Shown piece after piece: positions 12,781-24,784 of a stretch of 64,000 nucleotides of DNA. The DNA lies in assembly GCF_022539665.2 (NCBI RefSeq), contig NC_081333.1:7440001-7504000 (forward strand). Direction: 5' to 3'. The stretch is from Daphnia carinata. Taxonomy: Eukaryota. The notes beneath the pieces were generated by a model. It searched no databases, was not told the origin of the DNA, and saw nothing but the letters and a program-made list of their open reading frames with translations. The translations under genes were made by a program, and so were the position numbers. Within the stretch, counting starts at the first letter, position 1; each line of letters opens with the position of its first letter.

Positions 12781-15700
12781 ATGTTTGCAGGTGTCGCACC
12801 TTCGAAAGATACTTTCCTGAATCAAGCTAGAACTGCCAGAGAAATACGACAGAATGCGAAATCACAGAACGAATCAGCTGTCAAGATTCAGCGAATGGTT
12901 CGTGGATGGCTTTGCCGCATCAAAATATGGAGAGAAGCTAGGTATTATGGAACTTTGGCGAACGTAGTTCCAATTTTAAATGTTGTGCCCATCTAGATTA
13001 CAATTTGATGCCACGTTTTTGGAATCGGGGAAACCTCTCTCCATAGATGCTTTTAAAATCAGTAGAAGAGTGATACAGACTTTCAACCATACAAAAGACA
13101 AAGAACGATTTGAAATATATTGCAGGTATATTTAATCCATCTATTAAAGTTTGTTTTGAATTTCATTTTTATTTAAAATGTTCAACGTAGATATCTAATT
13201 GCAAGTCTTGAACAAGAATCTCCTAAATTAAGCTGCATAGGGGTGGCACTAAATAAAGATCATGCAATTCCTTGGATTAACCACTTGAAAAAAGTATTGG
13301 AGATAGCGCTGTGCATGATGGAGCAACTAAAACCTGAATCACCCCATGATTCAAAACAGTTAACAGTATACCTCCACTTGTTGGTAATACAACATAAATT
13401 GATGTAAAATCTGTCATATAAATTGCTGATTTAATTTTATTAAATAGATAAGTTTCACATCAATAACAAATTGGAAAATTTTGAATAGTGGAAAACTACC
13501 AGAATCATTGAAGAATGGTATGCAACAGTTGTGCAATAATGTAATGGGCTGTCTTGTATCACTCACCTATTATCCTGTGCTTAAGGTATGATTGTTTAAA
13601 CTTAAAAAAAGATCGTTTTTTTTCTTTATAAGCATGTAAAACGGTTTATTCATAGACATTGTTACTGCGTGGATTATGTGGACAGCGACGATACCTCAAG
13701 CACGCAGCCGTATCTGCGATCATGACCCTAAGCTTAAGACCACTAATAGCTTCAGAATTTTCCAGTCGGCTACTAACGTTGTACATACTTAATATATTTA
13801 GCGTTCCTGGATTTATTCTTCACCTGCATGCAATTACTCCCGAGGTTTTCACGTTTCAGCATACGTTTGAATTCTGTTCTTAAACTTTTTTCTTCATTTC
13901 TAGTCAGTGGTGCAGTTTAAGTCAAATGAACTTTTAACTCGCATTTTGGATTTTCTTAGTACCGAACAAAACACGCGTATTGTATTCCACACGCTTGAGG
14001 CAACGTTTTCTATTTGTTTGCTGGGAAATATTATTCATTTGACTCAAATGGAAGAAGAAAACTCGCTGAAAAATTTGATTTTTCCGAATTTTGTCGTAAG
14101 TTCCCGTTAAAGGTGTATATTGCGAACTGAACTAATCAAGCGTCTTCTTTTCCAGTGTTTGGTCTGCAGGTTGTTGGAACATTGCCAGAGATATGTGCAA
14201 GCGAAGCAATCGAATCTGACCCAGTGGCATCCAATCCTAGGTTGGTTTTCCAGTGATGAAAAGTCCACCTCAATGCTGGACGTTCAAGAGACGACCCCTC
14301 TTATTAAGCAACAGCTTAGTTTCCTATGGACTTCTCCATTAGTTCAACAGCTGACAGCTTGCTTGCCTGTCGCCGAACGCCAAGGCCTTAACATTCCAGA
14401 TCCTCGCAGGGAGACACCTGATGACAAGAATCTAGTCACAGCTTTCAAAAAAGCGCTAGGAAATAACAAAACCAGTAGAGGCACTCAAGTCGTCCATACA
14501 CTCCGTAGGCTAGGTAGTCCCGAGGTTACCCAAGTTGCCCTTGTCGCATCGATGTTCCAAACAGCCTTATCTACCCTCACGCAGATGCGAATGGACATTC
14601 TTACTGGTAATTTTTAATTCTTTTTGACTATTGCTTTTCTAGCATATCATTCAAAACGCGTCGTTTTTGTCTTTAAAGCACTGAGCTGCAGAGAAAACTT
14701 TTTGCCGAATCTTTGGCATTTTATCAGTTCGCTTGGACCGAATCATGGATTAAAAACCTATCTCGATTTACTGTCAGTCGATTCTAAGCGCCTGTCACCA
14801 GAATGCCAGATGCTTCATCTTTTCTGCGAAGGAACTACGCACTTTGTCACGTAAGCTTGCCGCTCGCACCGATGCATGATTCCCTATTTTCAGTTAATTG
14901 CTTTCTTTTATAGTGTTTTAGACGACATAGAGATGTATGAAGAGCAAAAACCTTTCACGCTATTAGAGTTTTGCAATATTTCATCATTTCTCAATCACTT
15001 CATGTTTAAAGCTATTTGGAGTGGGTTAGCCGGTAAGCCTTACTTCTATTTGGGGCTCATTTTAAAAATTTGATTTCTGATATATTTTATTTACAATTCT
15101 TTCATGGATGTTCAGATGCAACATCGTTTCATTCCCTTGGATCATCGACGCCGAATTACAATCTATTTCACGCAGCCCATACGTTACTAATGGTAATTTA
15201 TCGCCGCGACTGCCGGCGTCCATTTGCCCCCAAGGACCACTGGCTTGTCAAGGACGTTAAGAGCTCGCTTCTCGTTGCCGAACTAGAACGTGGGAGACAA
15301 TCTGTTCAGGTAAAGCGAAACGTCGTATGTTTTCTGATTTAAAGAAATAGTTCACCAAACTCTTTTGATAATTTTCCGCTTTCCAGCTGCTACTTCAAAA
15401 GATGCCACACGTTATTCCATTAGAAGATCGGGTTTTGCTTTTTCGCAAGTACATAGCCAATGAAAAAAACGCTTTGGGTTTGACGGAAACCGCTTCGGCG
15501 TCGCCACAATCCATCCTTATAACAGTCCACAGGTTTTGCTCTTTTCATTCTTATCATCATTGTAGTTTTGATAAAGGTACGACGTCAATGGTTTCTGGGT
15601 TTTTCCTGGATTTCATAGGATGCGTATGGTGGAAGACTCTTTCCGGCAGTTGGCAGATTTGCCGGTGCAGCTATGGAAAGGCATCATTCGCGTTAAGTTT

Positions 15701-18042
15701 ATAAATTACCAAGGCTTGGAAGAAGCAGGCATAGATCAAGATGGAGTTTTTAAAGGTAAATAGCTATAGAATATGTTTTTACACTCTTGTAGAAAGAAAT
15801 CACGTGCGTTTTCCTAATGTTATGCTTCAGAATTTCTGGAAGAAACTGTTCGTAGACTATTTGATCCTTCACTCAACTTATTCCGTTCAACAAAAGATCA
15901 ACGTCTTTATCCGTCTCCCACTTCCTATATGACGGACAATCACCTGCATTTATTTGAGTTTGCTGGTAAATTGCTCGGAAAAGCCGTCTATGAGGTATAT
16001 CTCTGTCTTACTTGCTTAAGCATAGCAATTAACGCTTTTTTCTTGTTTTTTTTATACAGGGGTCTACGGTTGAGGTTCCATTAGCTTTATTCTTCTTGAG
16101 CCAAGTCTTGGGTCAAACGCACAGCGTGTTATATTCAGCACTTGATGAACTGCCTTCTCTCGATCCGGAATTATATCGTAGCTTGACTTATATCAAACGC
16201 TATGAAGGTAAAAACACAATGGTTAAAATTGAAACAGAATAGACTTTTTTATTGACCATACCATTTCCCGTTCTTAGGTGACGTTTCCGATTTATCGCTG
16301 ACGTTTTCCGTGGATGATGATTTCATGGGAAAATTAATAACACAAGAATTACGGCCCGGAGGCAAGGCAATTCCCGTTACCAATGAGAACAAGTAATTTT
16401 TACATTTATATGTTGAGAAATGATTATTCGTTCTTCAGCTAATCTAGAAATGGAAAGCATTAAATTCTTTTTTTTTTTGGTGATTCAGAATTTCCTACAT
16501 CCATCAAATGGCTCATTTCCGCATGCACACGCAAATCCGAGACCAGACTTCGGCTTTCTTGAGAGGATTCCGCACTCTTGTCAACCCTGAATGGCTTTCC
16601 CTGTTCTCCACCCCTGAGGTTCCGCGTTTAGTTTTATATCTAGTTTTGTTCATTCTGCAACGCATTTTCGTGCTGGTTGACTAGGTACAAAGACTCATCG
16701 CAGACGACAAGGGGCCGATTAACTTCAAAGACTTGCGCAAGCACACGCAATATTACGGGGGTTTTCACGACAATCACCGTGTTATCTCATGGTTGTGGGA
16801 CATTCTTGACAATGACCTCAGTGAAGAAGAAAAGCGTCTCTTCCTAAAAGTACGTCTTTTACCTATGGCTTTGTTTTGTGGATTCATGGAAGTGACGTAT
16901 TTGACATCATGCAAATTACTCTGTTCAGTTCGTGACGAGTTGTTCTAAGCCGCCACTTTTGGGCTTTGCTCACCTGCAACCACCTTTCTCGATTCGTTGC
17001 GTCGAAGTCAATGAGGACGAAGATAATGGAGACACGATAGGTGAGGACGAATTTTGAAATAAAATCTTTTAGGGCGTTTCAAACGAGATTTCTAAGAAAA
17101 ATGCCGTTCTTCCATTGCATGGAAGTCACGCTGCTCAATTGTTTCTTTACCATCTACATCTAATTAATACGCAATGACATGCATTGGAACAGTACCGCTG
17201 AGCCTTTAGGCTACGCCCTTGGTTGTCTCGCTATCGCACGCTTGATTTCCGGCCAAGTTTATCTCAATACTTCGGTTCCGTCGCCCCAGTTGATTTTTCA
17301 TTGTCCATAACCTTTTTCCCTTTGTGGCTTATCTTCAAGCACGCTCAACCAAGCGTGACCGAGCCTCTTTTTTCCTTGGTTTTTCTTTTCTTTCTTTACG
17401 TCAACATTGAGCAAGAAAGCCATAGTACATTTTAATCCGTGTCGAGTCATGCCGCTTATGGGGCGTAAAGTATTGAATTTTTAGTGGCGTAGACAGTTTT
17501 TGCCGTCCTATAGTAACCATGAAATTACCTTCGTATATATTTTTCTTTTCATGGCCACTGACCTAGTTCGGTAGCTGACCACTATCAGGTGAAAACAATC
17601 CTATCGTTGAGAAGATTTGCATTGCTTTCTTAATTCCACAACTTCTTTCCGGTACCACGTACACGTTACCACCTAGATTCAATAATCCTGTTAAAAAATT
17701 TGACTGGCACGATGAGAATATCCAATGGTAACGGTAAAACCTCTCGCTATGACACACCAACTGTTCAATTTCTTTGTTAGACACCACTTCCTCCCTTATT
17801 ACGACTAGCAATTTTTTTTTTGTTTAAGTCCATCTGTTTTTTTTTTCTTTTGTTTTTTTTTTTTTTTAGGAAGCGTCATTAGAGGATTTTTCACTATTCG
17901 AAAGCGTGATCCGATTAACCGACTGCCCACGTCTTCTACATGCTTCAATTTACTGAAATTGCCTAACTATCAGCGCAGAAGCACACTTAAGGAAAAGCTT
18001 CGTTATGCCATCACAAGCAATACCGGATTCGAACTGTCCTGA
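12781..18042 (+). CDS. UBE3B: HECT E3 ubiquitin ligase UBE3B (N-terminal IQ motif), many exons
   Basis: Start [25 protein letters not shown] motif [52 protein letters not shown]; last exon 17870-18042 [17 protein letters not shown]...TGFELS* containing the catalytic Cys. Confidence 0.95.
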
Positions 18043-18161
18043 ATTGTCTTTGCCCATACAAACAGAACAAAGATTACGAGTCATTTTGAATAGGTAAGGC
18101 CACTGCGGACACCAAAAAATTGTATATTTTTCTTTTTAACATAAGTTATCGTGGAAATGTA

Positions 18162-19325
18162 TTATTCTACCATTTCTTCTCCTTCTGTTACTTCCTTTAA
18201 GTTAAGGAGATCCATGTGTCCTTGACCTCTCGTTTCGGATCTGACCAGATCGTCAATTTCGCGAAAATTACCCGGATCAATCAGACATACCTGTAATTTT
18301 AAAATAAGAACACATACCATTGAACGTATTTTGTTGTTTTGTTTGAAGAAAAAGTAGAAATTTAAATAATTGCTTAATTTTAATGCAACTTGATCTGTTC
18401 AGCAGATGTGAACTTTTAAGGGTGCGCTTTCTGCCTATGCCGTTCTCATTTATGACGAAAAATTAAATAAATAAAAGAAATTTGTACAATATTTCAACTC
18501 ATGACTAATAATAATACAATAAATAAGAACAGTTTCTGTTCTTTAACTGTCAAGTGTAAACTGAAACCTGCAAGCCTACCATAATAAGTGTACTGTCTTC
18601 CCATTCTTCAGATTCAATACTGGTACACAACTTCACCAGTTTTTCTTTCAGCTTCCTACCCTCTTTCGAAGCAGTTATTTTCAACCTCATGTGTGCCCTT
18701 TCAATAGGCATTTGAGTTTTCAGCATTTTTATAACCTCAAGGGCCTATAGACAAAATGTAATGATTATAAAAGAAAATAAGCAGGGTTCATTATATACCT
18801 GTTGTTTACAATTTCTGTTAGGCTTGACAGAAAAATGAACATCCTTCATGGCTTTCTCAATCATGGATACAGGATATGGCCTTTTTGTTTCAGGGTTAAC
18901 ACACTTGTCAGCCACCATCGTGGCAATTTCCTTTAACATAGAATCTTGTTGCACATGTCGTTCTTTCTCTGACACCTGAAGCTCTCCTTTAGCAAGAATT
19001 TCTTGACAAATGACAGTTTGATCATCGGTGCCAAAACTTGCAACCAGATCTTCCTTTTTCGCTACTTGTCCTTTCGAAACGTTAGTGAATACCGTTCTAG
19101 CTTGAAGAACCTCGTCCAGATCCGTTTCACTACAGATAAGCGGCTTGAAATCATCACTGAACAACCTTCATTTTACAATTTAAAAAAAACTTACACTTTG
19201 TTTCTCCATGAGACGACTTTATTTTTATAGCAGGCTATCTCGAAACGTTTGCCACCTTTCTTCATTCGTACAACAGCTACATTTGTTAACCGGATTTGAT
19301 TTGTTGGGGTAAATATTTTCGACAT
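18162..19325 (-). CDS. SBDS: Ribosome maturation protein SBDS
   Basis: [44 protein letters not shown]...[34 protein letters not shown]; last exon [15 protein letters not shown]...[11 protein letters not shown], stop at 18164-18162. Confidence 0.97.
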
Positions 19326-19681
19326 TTTTGTATGTGCGACCAGCGTGGTCGTGCAGTATAGAGAAAGGAGGGTGAGAAAAAGTGCAGACGACACAACAAA
19401 GATTCTTGGATTGTGAAGCATGGTTCATAGCAGACTTTCAAAATTCCAATTTTCTAAGGAAGTTCTCAGAGAAAAATCCGCATACAATAGCTTTGCAGGT
19501 CTTAAGGCATTTGTTCTTTGACAATACAAAGCAAAGCTACCTTGTGCGGACTTTTTTTCTGGCAGAATTTAGAATTTAGATCGAGAAATAGTCGAAGTTC
19601 TGAAAGTTCGAAAAACGTTCGAAAATGTCTGCCTCCCTCGTGTATGTATTAAATTATTGGTAATGAATTCAGGTCGAAAGC

Positions 19682-21400
19682 ATGGCAGTAAATTTTTGTC
19701 ACGAACGTCTGGGCACTCGAATATTGTGTAACCAAGTCTCGACTGACAATTATGGTGTAGAAAACCTTATTTCCGAAGACCTCGTATCGAAAAATCGGGG
19801 TTTCCTTGCGGACTCTTTTGTGCGCCCACCCGTCGATATAATCGTGCAATTTCCATGTCCTATAAAAATATGCTGTGTTTTTGTGAATACCAAGGTTGGT
19901 TCTCAACAATCTACTGGATGCGAAATCTTCATTCAAAGTGAAGAATCAGGTAAGAGAAATAGCCCAAAAATTTTACATTTCAGTATGAATGGGTATTGTA
20001 AGTGTTTCTGCAAATTTAGACCTTGGACATTATAATGACAAGGATGTAGAACTTGGCCTTCAGCTGATTTGACCACATCAGATAACATGTAAATAGGACT
20101 AAGAAATCTTATAATGATGCAATACATATCCATGCTGTGATGGAATGTTACAAATTGTTACTAGGAAGTGTGTCAAACAAATCAAATACAGTTATTCCCA
20201 TGCCGCTGTGACCATCCATGTCAAGGAAGATTTTTACGTTTTCTATTAACAGGTGGATATGATGCATTCAACTATGGTACCTTCATCCATGTGGGGAAGT
20301 ATTACTTGGATTGTGACAAAAAAGGAATTGTCTTTTCCAGTGCTCTACATTCTCCATCATGCAAATCATCCCAAACTGAAAACTTTGCTAGGCAGGAGAT
20401 AAGTGGACGAATGACCAAGATCTTGTCCTCAGTTTGGAGTTTGCGAATTAGAATTTTAAAAACATCTGGCTCTTCAATTCCAGCAATTGGAGGCCTGGCA
20501 GTGTGGGGCTATGTGGACCATTTGTGTCCAGCTCCACTGGCTAGAACTGTCCTACACAAGTGGCACAACGTGAACCAGTCAACAACTGCGCCGCCTTCTA
20601 ACACGCTTAAAGTGATTGACGACCGCAAAATTAGTCCCAACACCGAAGCAATTCAAATTGCAAGTGCCATGCCTGAAGATGATTTCGAAATACCCGAAGA
20701 ATTTCTTGATGGGTTGACGTGCGATATAATGGCCATGCCGGTCCGTTTGCCATCTGGTAACGTTATAGACGAGAGGACACTGGAGCGTTTCGCCAAACAA
20801 GAAGCGGCTTGGGGCAGACCGCCAAGCGATCCGTTCACCGCACAGCCGATCTCCGCCAGTCATCGTCCCGTCTACGATACAGCTCTCAAAGCTCGCATCG
20901 ATTCATTTCTATTGAAAGAATCTCACCGACCGTGCCTCAAAAACGTCCCGCGAACAACGGGTCCGATCCAGACTAGGTCGTCGGACACGCTTCTCCAGCT
21001 GGGTGACGAATCAAAAGCCACAGACAAACAAGCCAGCACATCTGCGTACCCACCCGTTGCCGCACCTCCACAACCAACAGTCATCGATCCGTCGAGAAGG
21101 TGGCTTTCCAGCGTGGCTTCCAGCTTGCAACATTTAACCGGAAGACGTACTACCACCGTGCGATCCAAAGCTCCGAACAGCTCACCTGTTACGCGTCCTT
21201 CTGGCGTCTTACCAAAAAGCAACACTTCGGCCTGCCTTTGCGGCTTTCAAGACGTTCGGCCCGTCTACTCTCTGCCATGTAAACATCGTATCTGCCGGTC
21301 GTGTTTACTCAACGTGAAGGCCAATGACGCTCTGTCCTGCCGCGAGTGTCAGTTACCCTTTGGCCTGCACGAACCCGTCTTACAACATCACCATCTATAG
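19682..21400 (+). CDS. UBOX5: U-box and RING finger protein UBOX5/RNF37, 2 exons (19682-19949, 20253-21400)
   Basis: N-terminal MAVNFCH...GFLADSFVRPPVDI; U-box IPEEFLDGLTCDIMAMPVRLPSGNVIDERTLERF...PSDPFT; C-terminal RING LPCKHRICRSC...CREC. Confidence 0.92.
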
Positions 21401-21499
21401 GAAATAGTGTGTCCTCGATCGTTGGCCGATTGTACGACAAAGACCGGGGGTGCCAAAAAACGCATGGCATTGCGGAATGTGTGGGCGCATTATGCACAA

Positions 21500-24400
21500 A
21501 CGGCTTGCCACCGCTCGTGCGCGCGTCTCACTCGGCTCACGTTTTCTTCCTGCTTCTTCATGCGGCTTTTGTAAGTTTAGAAATTTGTTTGTTTTTTTTA
21601 TTTCTTGTTTCTTTCGTGCTGGATGCAATAAAACATCATCTGCCAGCTGCGTCCCTATGTGTGCTTGTTCTCGCGTGGACTGCATATAGAAGGCTCACAT
21701 TAACAGAACGATGAGAAAAAAAAAAATAAAAGTAATAATAAAACAAGGGGGTATATAATGTTTCGATTGTGCAGAGAAGGTTTCTCCTAGTAGAATGATA
21801 CCAGAGGCGGGAAAAAAAAATTATATCGTGACTTGCCATCGGAAAACGTGATGGCGTTTCAGCGCCACTGCCCCTGTGCTGATGACCATGTACATCTCGT
21901 GCTATGGCGGTTGATGATTATCTTGCCGTCATTTTGAGTCATTTTCTTCACTTTGTTTTCATTGTGTTTGACTCGTTTCTTTTTTGTTCGTTTAGGTGGT
22001 GAATAGCTAAGCAGTCGGTACCGTGCAGTCATCGTTCGCTTGATGGAAACGCAGAAAGAAAAGGTTTTCCTTAACAATTATACATGGATTTTAAATAGCT
22101 TGCATTGTTCAACCCAAGATTCATTCCTCCAGAGATACAGCGTGTCCGTCTTTCGATTTTCATTCTTACCTCGCGAACGGAGCAACAGTGGGCGCGCGTG
22201 CAACAGAAACAGAACCGAGCCTGAAGTTCTCGACGACCTCTTTGTACTTCATGGGAGAAAAGAAAATGAAAACAAAAAAAAAGGGTTTTGCCACGCCAGA
22301 AACGTGAACGATTCGCCCCCACATCGGTTCTTTATTGCCCAGGTGAGAATCAAAATTTTTTTTCCTCTCCTTTTCTTGCTTCGACATTTGTTTTTTAGGA
22401 TTATATGTATTTTTTAAGGTCTTTTTTTTTTTTTGTGTGTGTGTGTCAAAAACGAAGAGGGTCGAATCGTTTTTTTACCTTTTTAGTTCCGACCGATCGT
22501 GATGTTTTCAAGGCAAAGGATTTTGGATTTTTTTTTGTCCATATTTTTATTTTATTTCGTTTTTGTTTTCTTTTGGGTGGTGTCTTTGATTTATGACGAT
22601 GATCAAGACGTAAAAGGAGGGTGGGGGTTGAGGGTAGGTGGGGTGTAACGTAAGGGACGAGGCCAGAGGAGGAAAGGAATAAAAGAAAAAACGAATGCCG
22701 TCAGCGCTGTATAATCTTGACTTTTCAAAGGTATTAATAATAAAAAGGAACTAGTCAGAGACTCTCAGGAACAGAGAAAAAGAAATGAACAATCAAGAAA
22801 ACTGGTGAAGAAGGAGAGCACGGAATGTTTTTGAGGGAGAAAAAAGACAAAAGGAACGTCGATGATCGTTCCTAAGGCCATGAAATTCATTCGGTGAATG
22901 TCCTCTCTGGACAAAACAAAAATTAGAGAAAAGGAAAAGGACGGAAAAAGGATAGATAGCCATAGATAATAAAAAACAAAATGTACGTAACTACTAGTAT
23001 TGCGTTGTGTTTTCGTTCGTGTCTCCATACAATATGTACACAGTGCATTCGATCTCTTATAACGAGTCCCCAGAAGTAGAAAGCCGGTTTAATCTTCAAC
23101 CACTCGGGGAACACGAATTGATCTGACGAAATATTTTCTTTCCTTTAAGTAATTCAAGTTCACATTTTTGTTTGTTTTTTTTTGTTTCGTCATTTTTTGC
23201 TTCGTTTCTTTTCATCCTGTCAGGAACATAACGGCACAAAAAGCACGGGGTACTACTATCTGTACGCACCATATTGAGTTCAACAGAAATATTGGGTTGT
23301 TACGTAAAAAATAAAAGGGGATAAGGTAGTAGCTTTTTAAAAAAAGTTCAACAGTCCACCGGAATTAACACACTCGAATTGTACGGTAACTGTAATAACG
23401 TATCGGTAACATTAGTGTCTTTTCCGGTACTTTGGCTTTTTTAGTGTGTGCGGACATGTGGAGGCGTAGGGTCTTTTTTTTTTTTTTTTTTTGGCGTTAT
23501 GTATTTCATTCGTTGCTTTTGTAACGGAACTCTCGCGTACACATTGGAGTCGTTATTGTTGTGGCTGAGGATATAAATTTTTTTCATTTTTCATTTTTTT
23601 TTTTTGAAGAAAAACCGTAATGATGAGGGAACGCAATGTCGATTTGGTCACTTCATTTCCCATCGCTGCGTATTGGGATGAACGCGAACGACGAATGTTT
23701 TTACGTCGAACACGACGGCCCGCCGTGCGGGATTCCGTTCGCCCTTTCTCGTATGTCGGCGTGAAATTTGATGACCAAAGAATGTTTCGATTGCATCTTT
23801 TTTTTTTGTTATTTTTTCGGGGTTTCGAGACATGCGCCCTTTGTTTGTTTGGTTTTTTTTTTTCCTTAGTGGGTGTGCGACTGTATCTCACTCCGGTATG
23901 CGACCACTGTGTCCAAAAAAATTCAGGTTTTTTTTTTAATATTTGCCACCCAATCGAAGCATCAAAATTCAAAAGGTGAAGCTCGGTCAGAGTCCGATTG
24001 AATAACCCGCAAACCGAAGGGGTGGGAATAGAAAACAAAAAATGAATGATAATAATTATTTTGTTTTTCTTTTCCTTGTGAGGTTTAGTTTTCGTTTTCC
24101 AGCGCAGTAACGGTAGAAGTTCAACCAGGTCATTCGGTAAACAAATAAAAATCACCATGACGAATGGTTTGAGGTGTGTCGTGTTGGGTGATAATTAACA
24201 CTGCCTGTATCCATTACGCGAATGGGGACAAATGTAGCCTCTGTATTTTTGTGTGTGTGCCTCTTTTTCCTCTCCTCCTCCTTTTTTTTTTTATGTTCTC
24301 CTAGAAAATGAACTACAATTTCCAAGTACTTTTTTTTTTTACGATTTTTTCTCGTGCAATCTTGCACAGATGGTCTGCGGTCAAGTTCTCTCTGTCATCT

Positions 24401-24753
24401 TATTACCCTCTTTCATTGGCATGCTACAAGAATGCTCTCGTTCCGTAGCAATGCAACCACCATCAGTTGTTTTCTTTTTCCCTATTCGTAAGAACGAACT
24501 CTTTTTTTTTTTTGTAATTTTTTCGTTCTTTATTATTTGGCGCTCTTTGCCAACAAGAAAAATGTGATGGTCGGCTGGATATAACAAGTCATTCGCCGGA
24601 CCGACACAAACTTTTTTTTTTTTTGTCCTCTCTTCTTTCCGTTTCTCACTATTTCCCAGCCATTAGTAAAGTGTTGTTTTATTTATTTTCTTTTTCTTTC
24701 TTCCGTCCTTCGAGGAAGATAAGAAGAAAACATTGTGAGTCGTTTTTTTTTTT

Positions 24754-24784
<31 letters not shown>

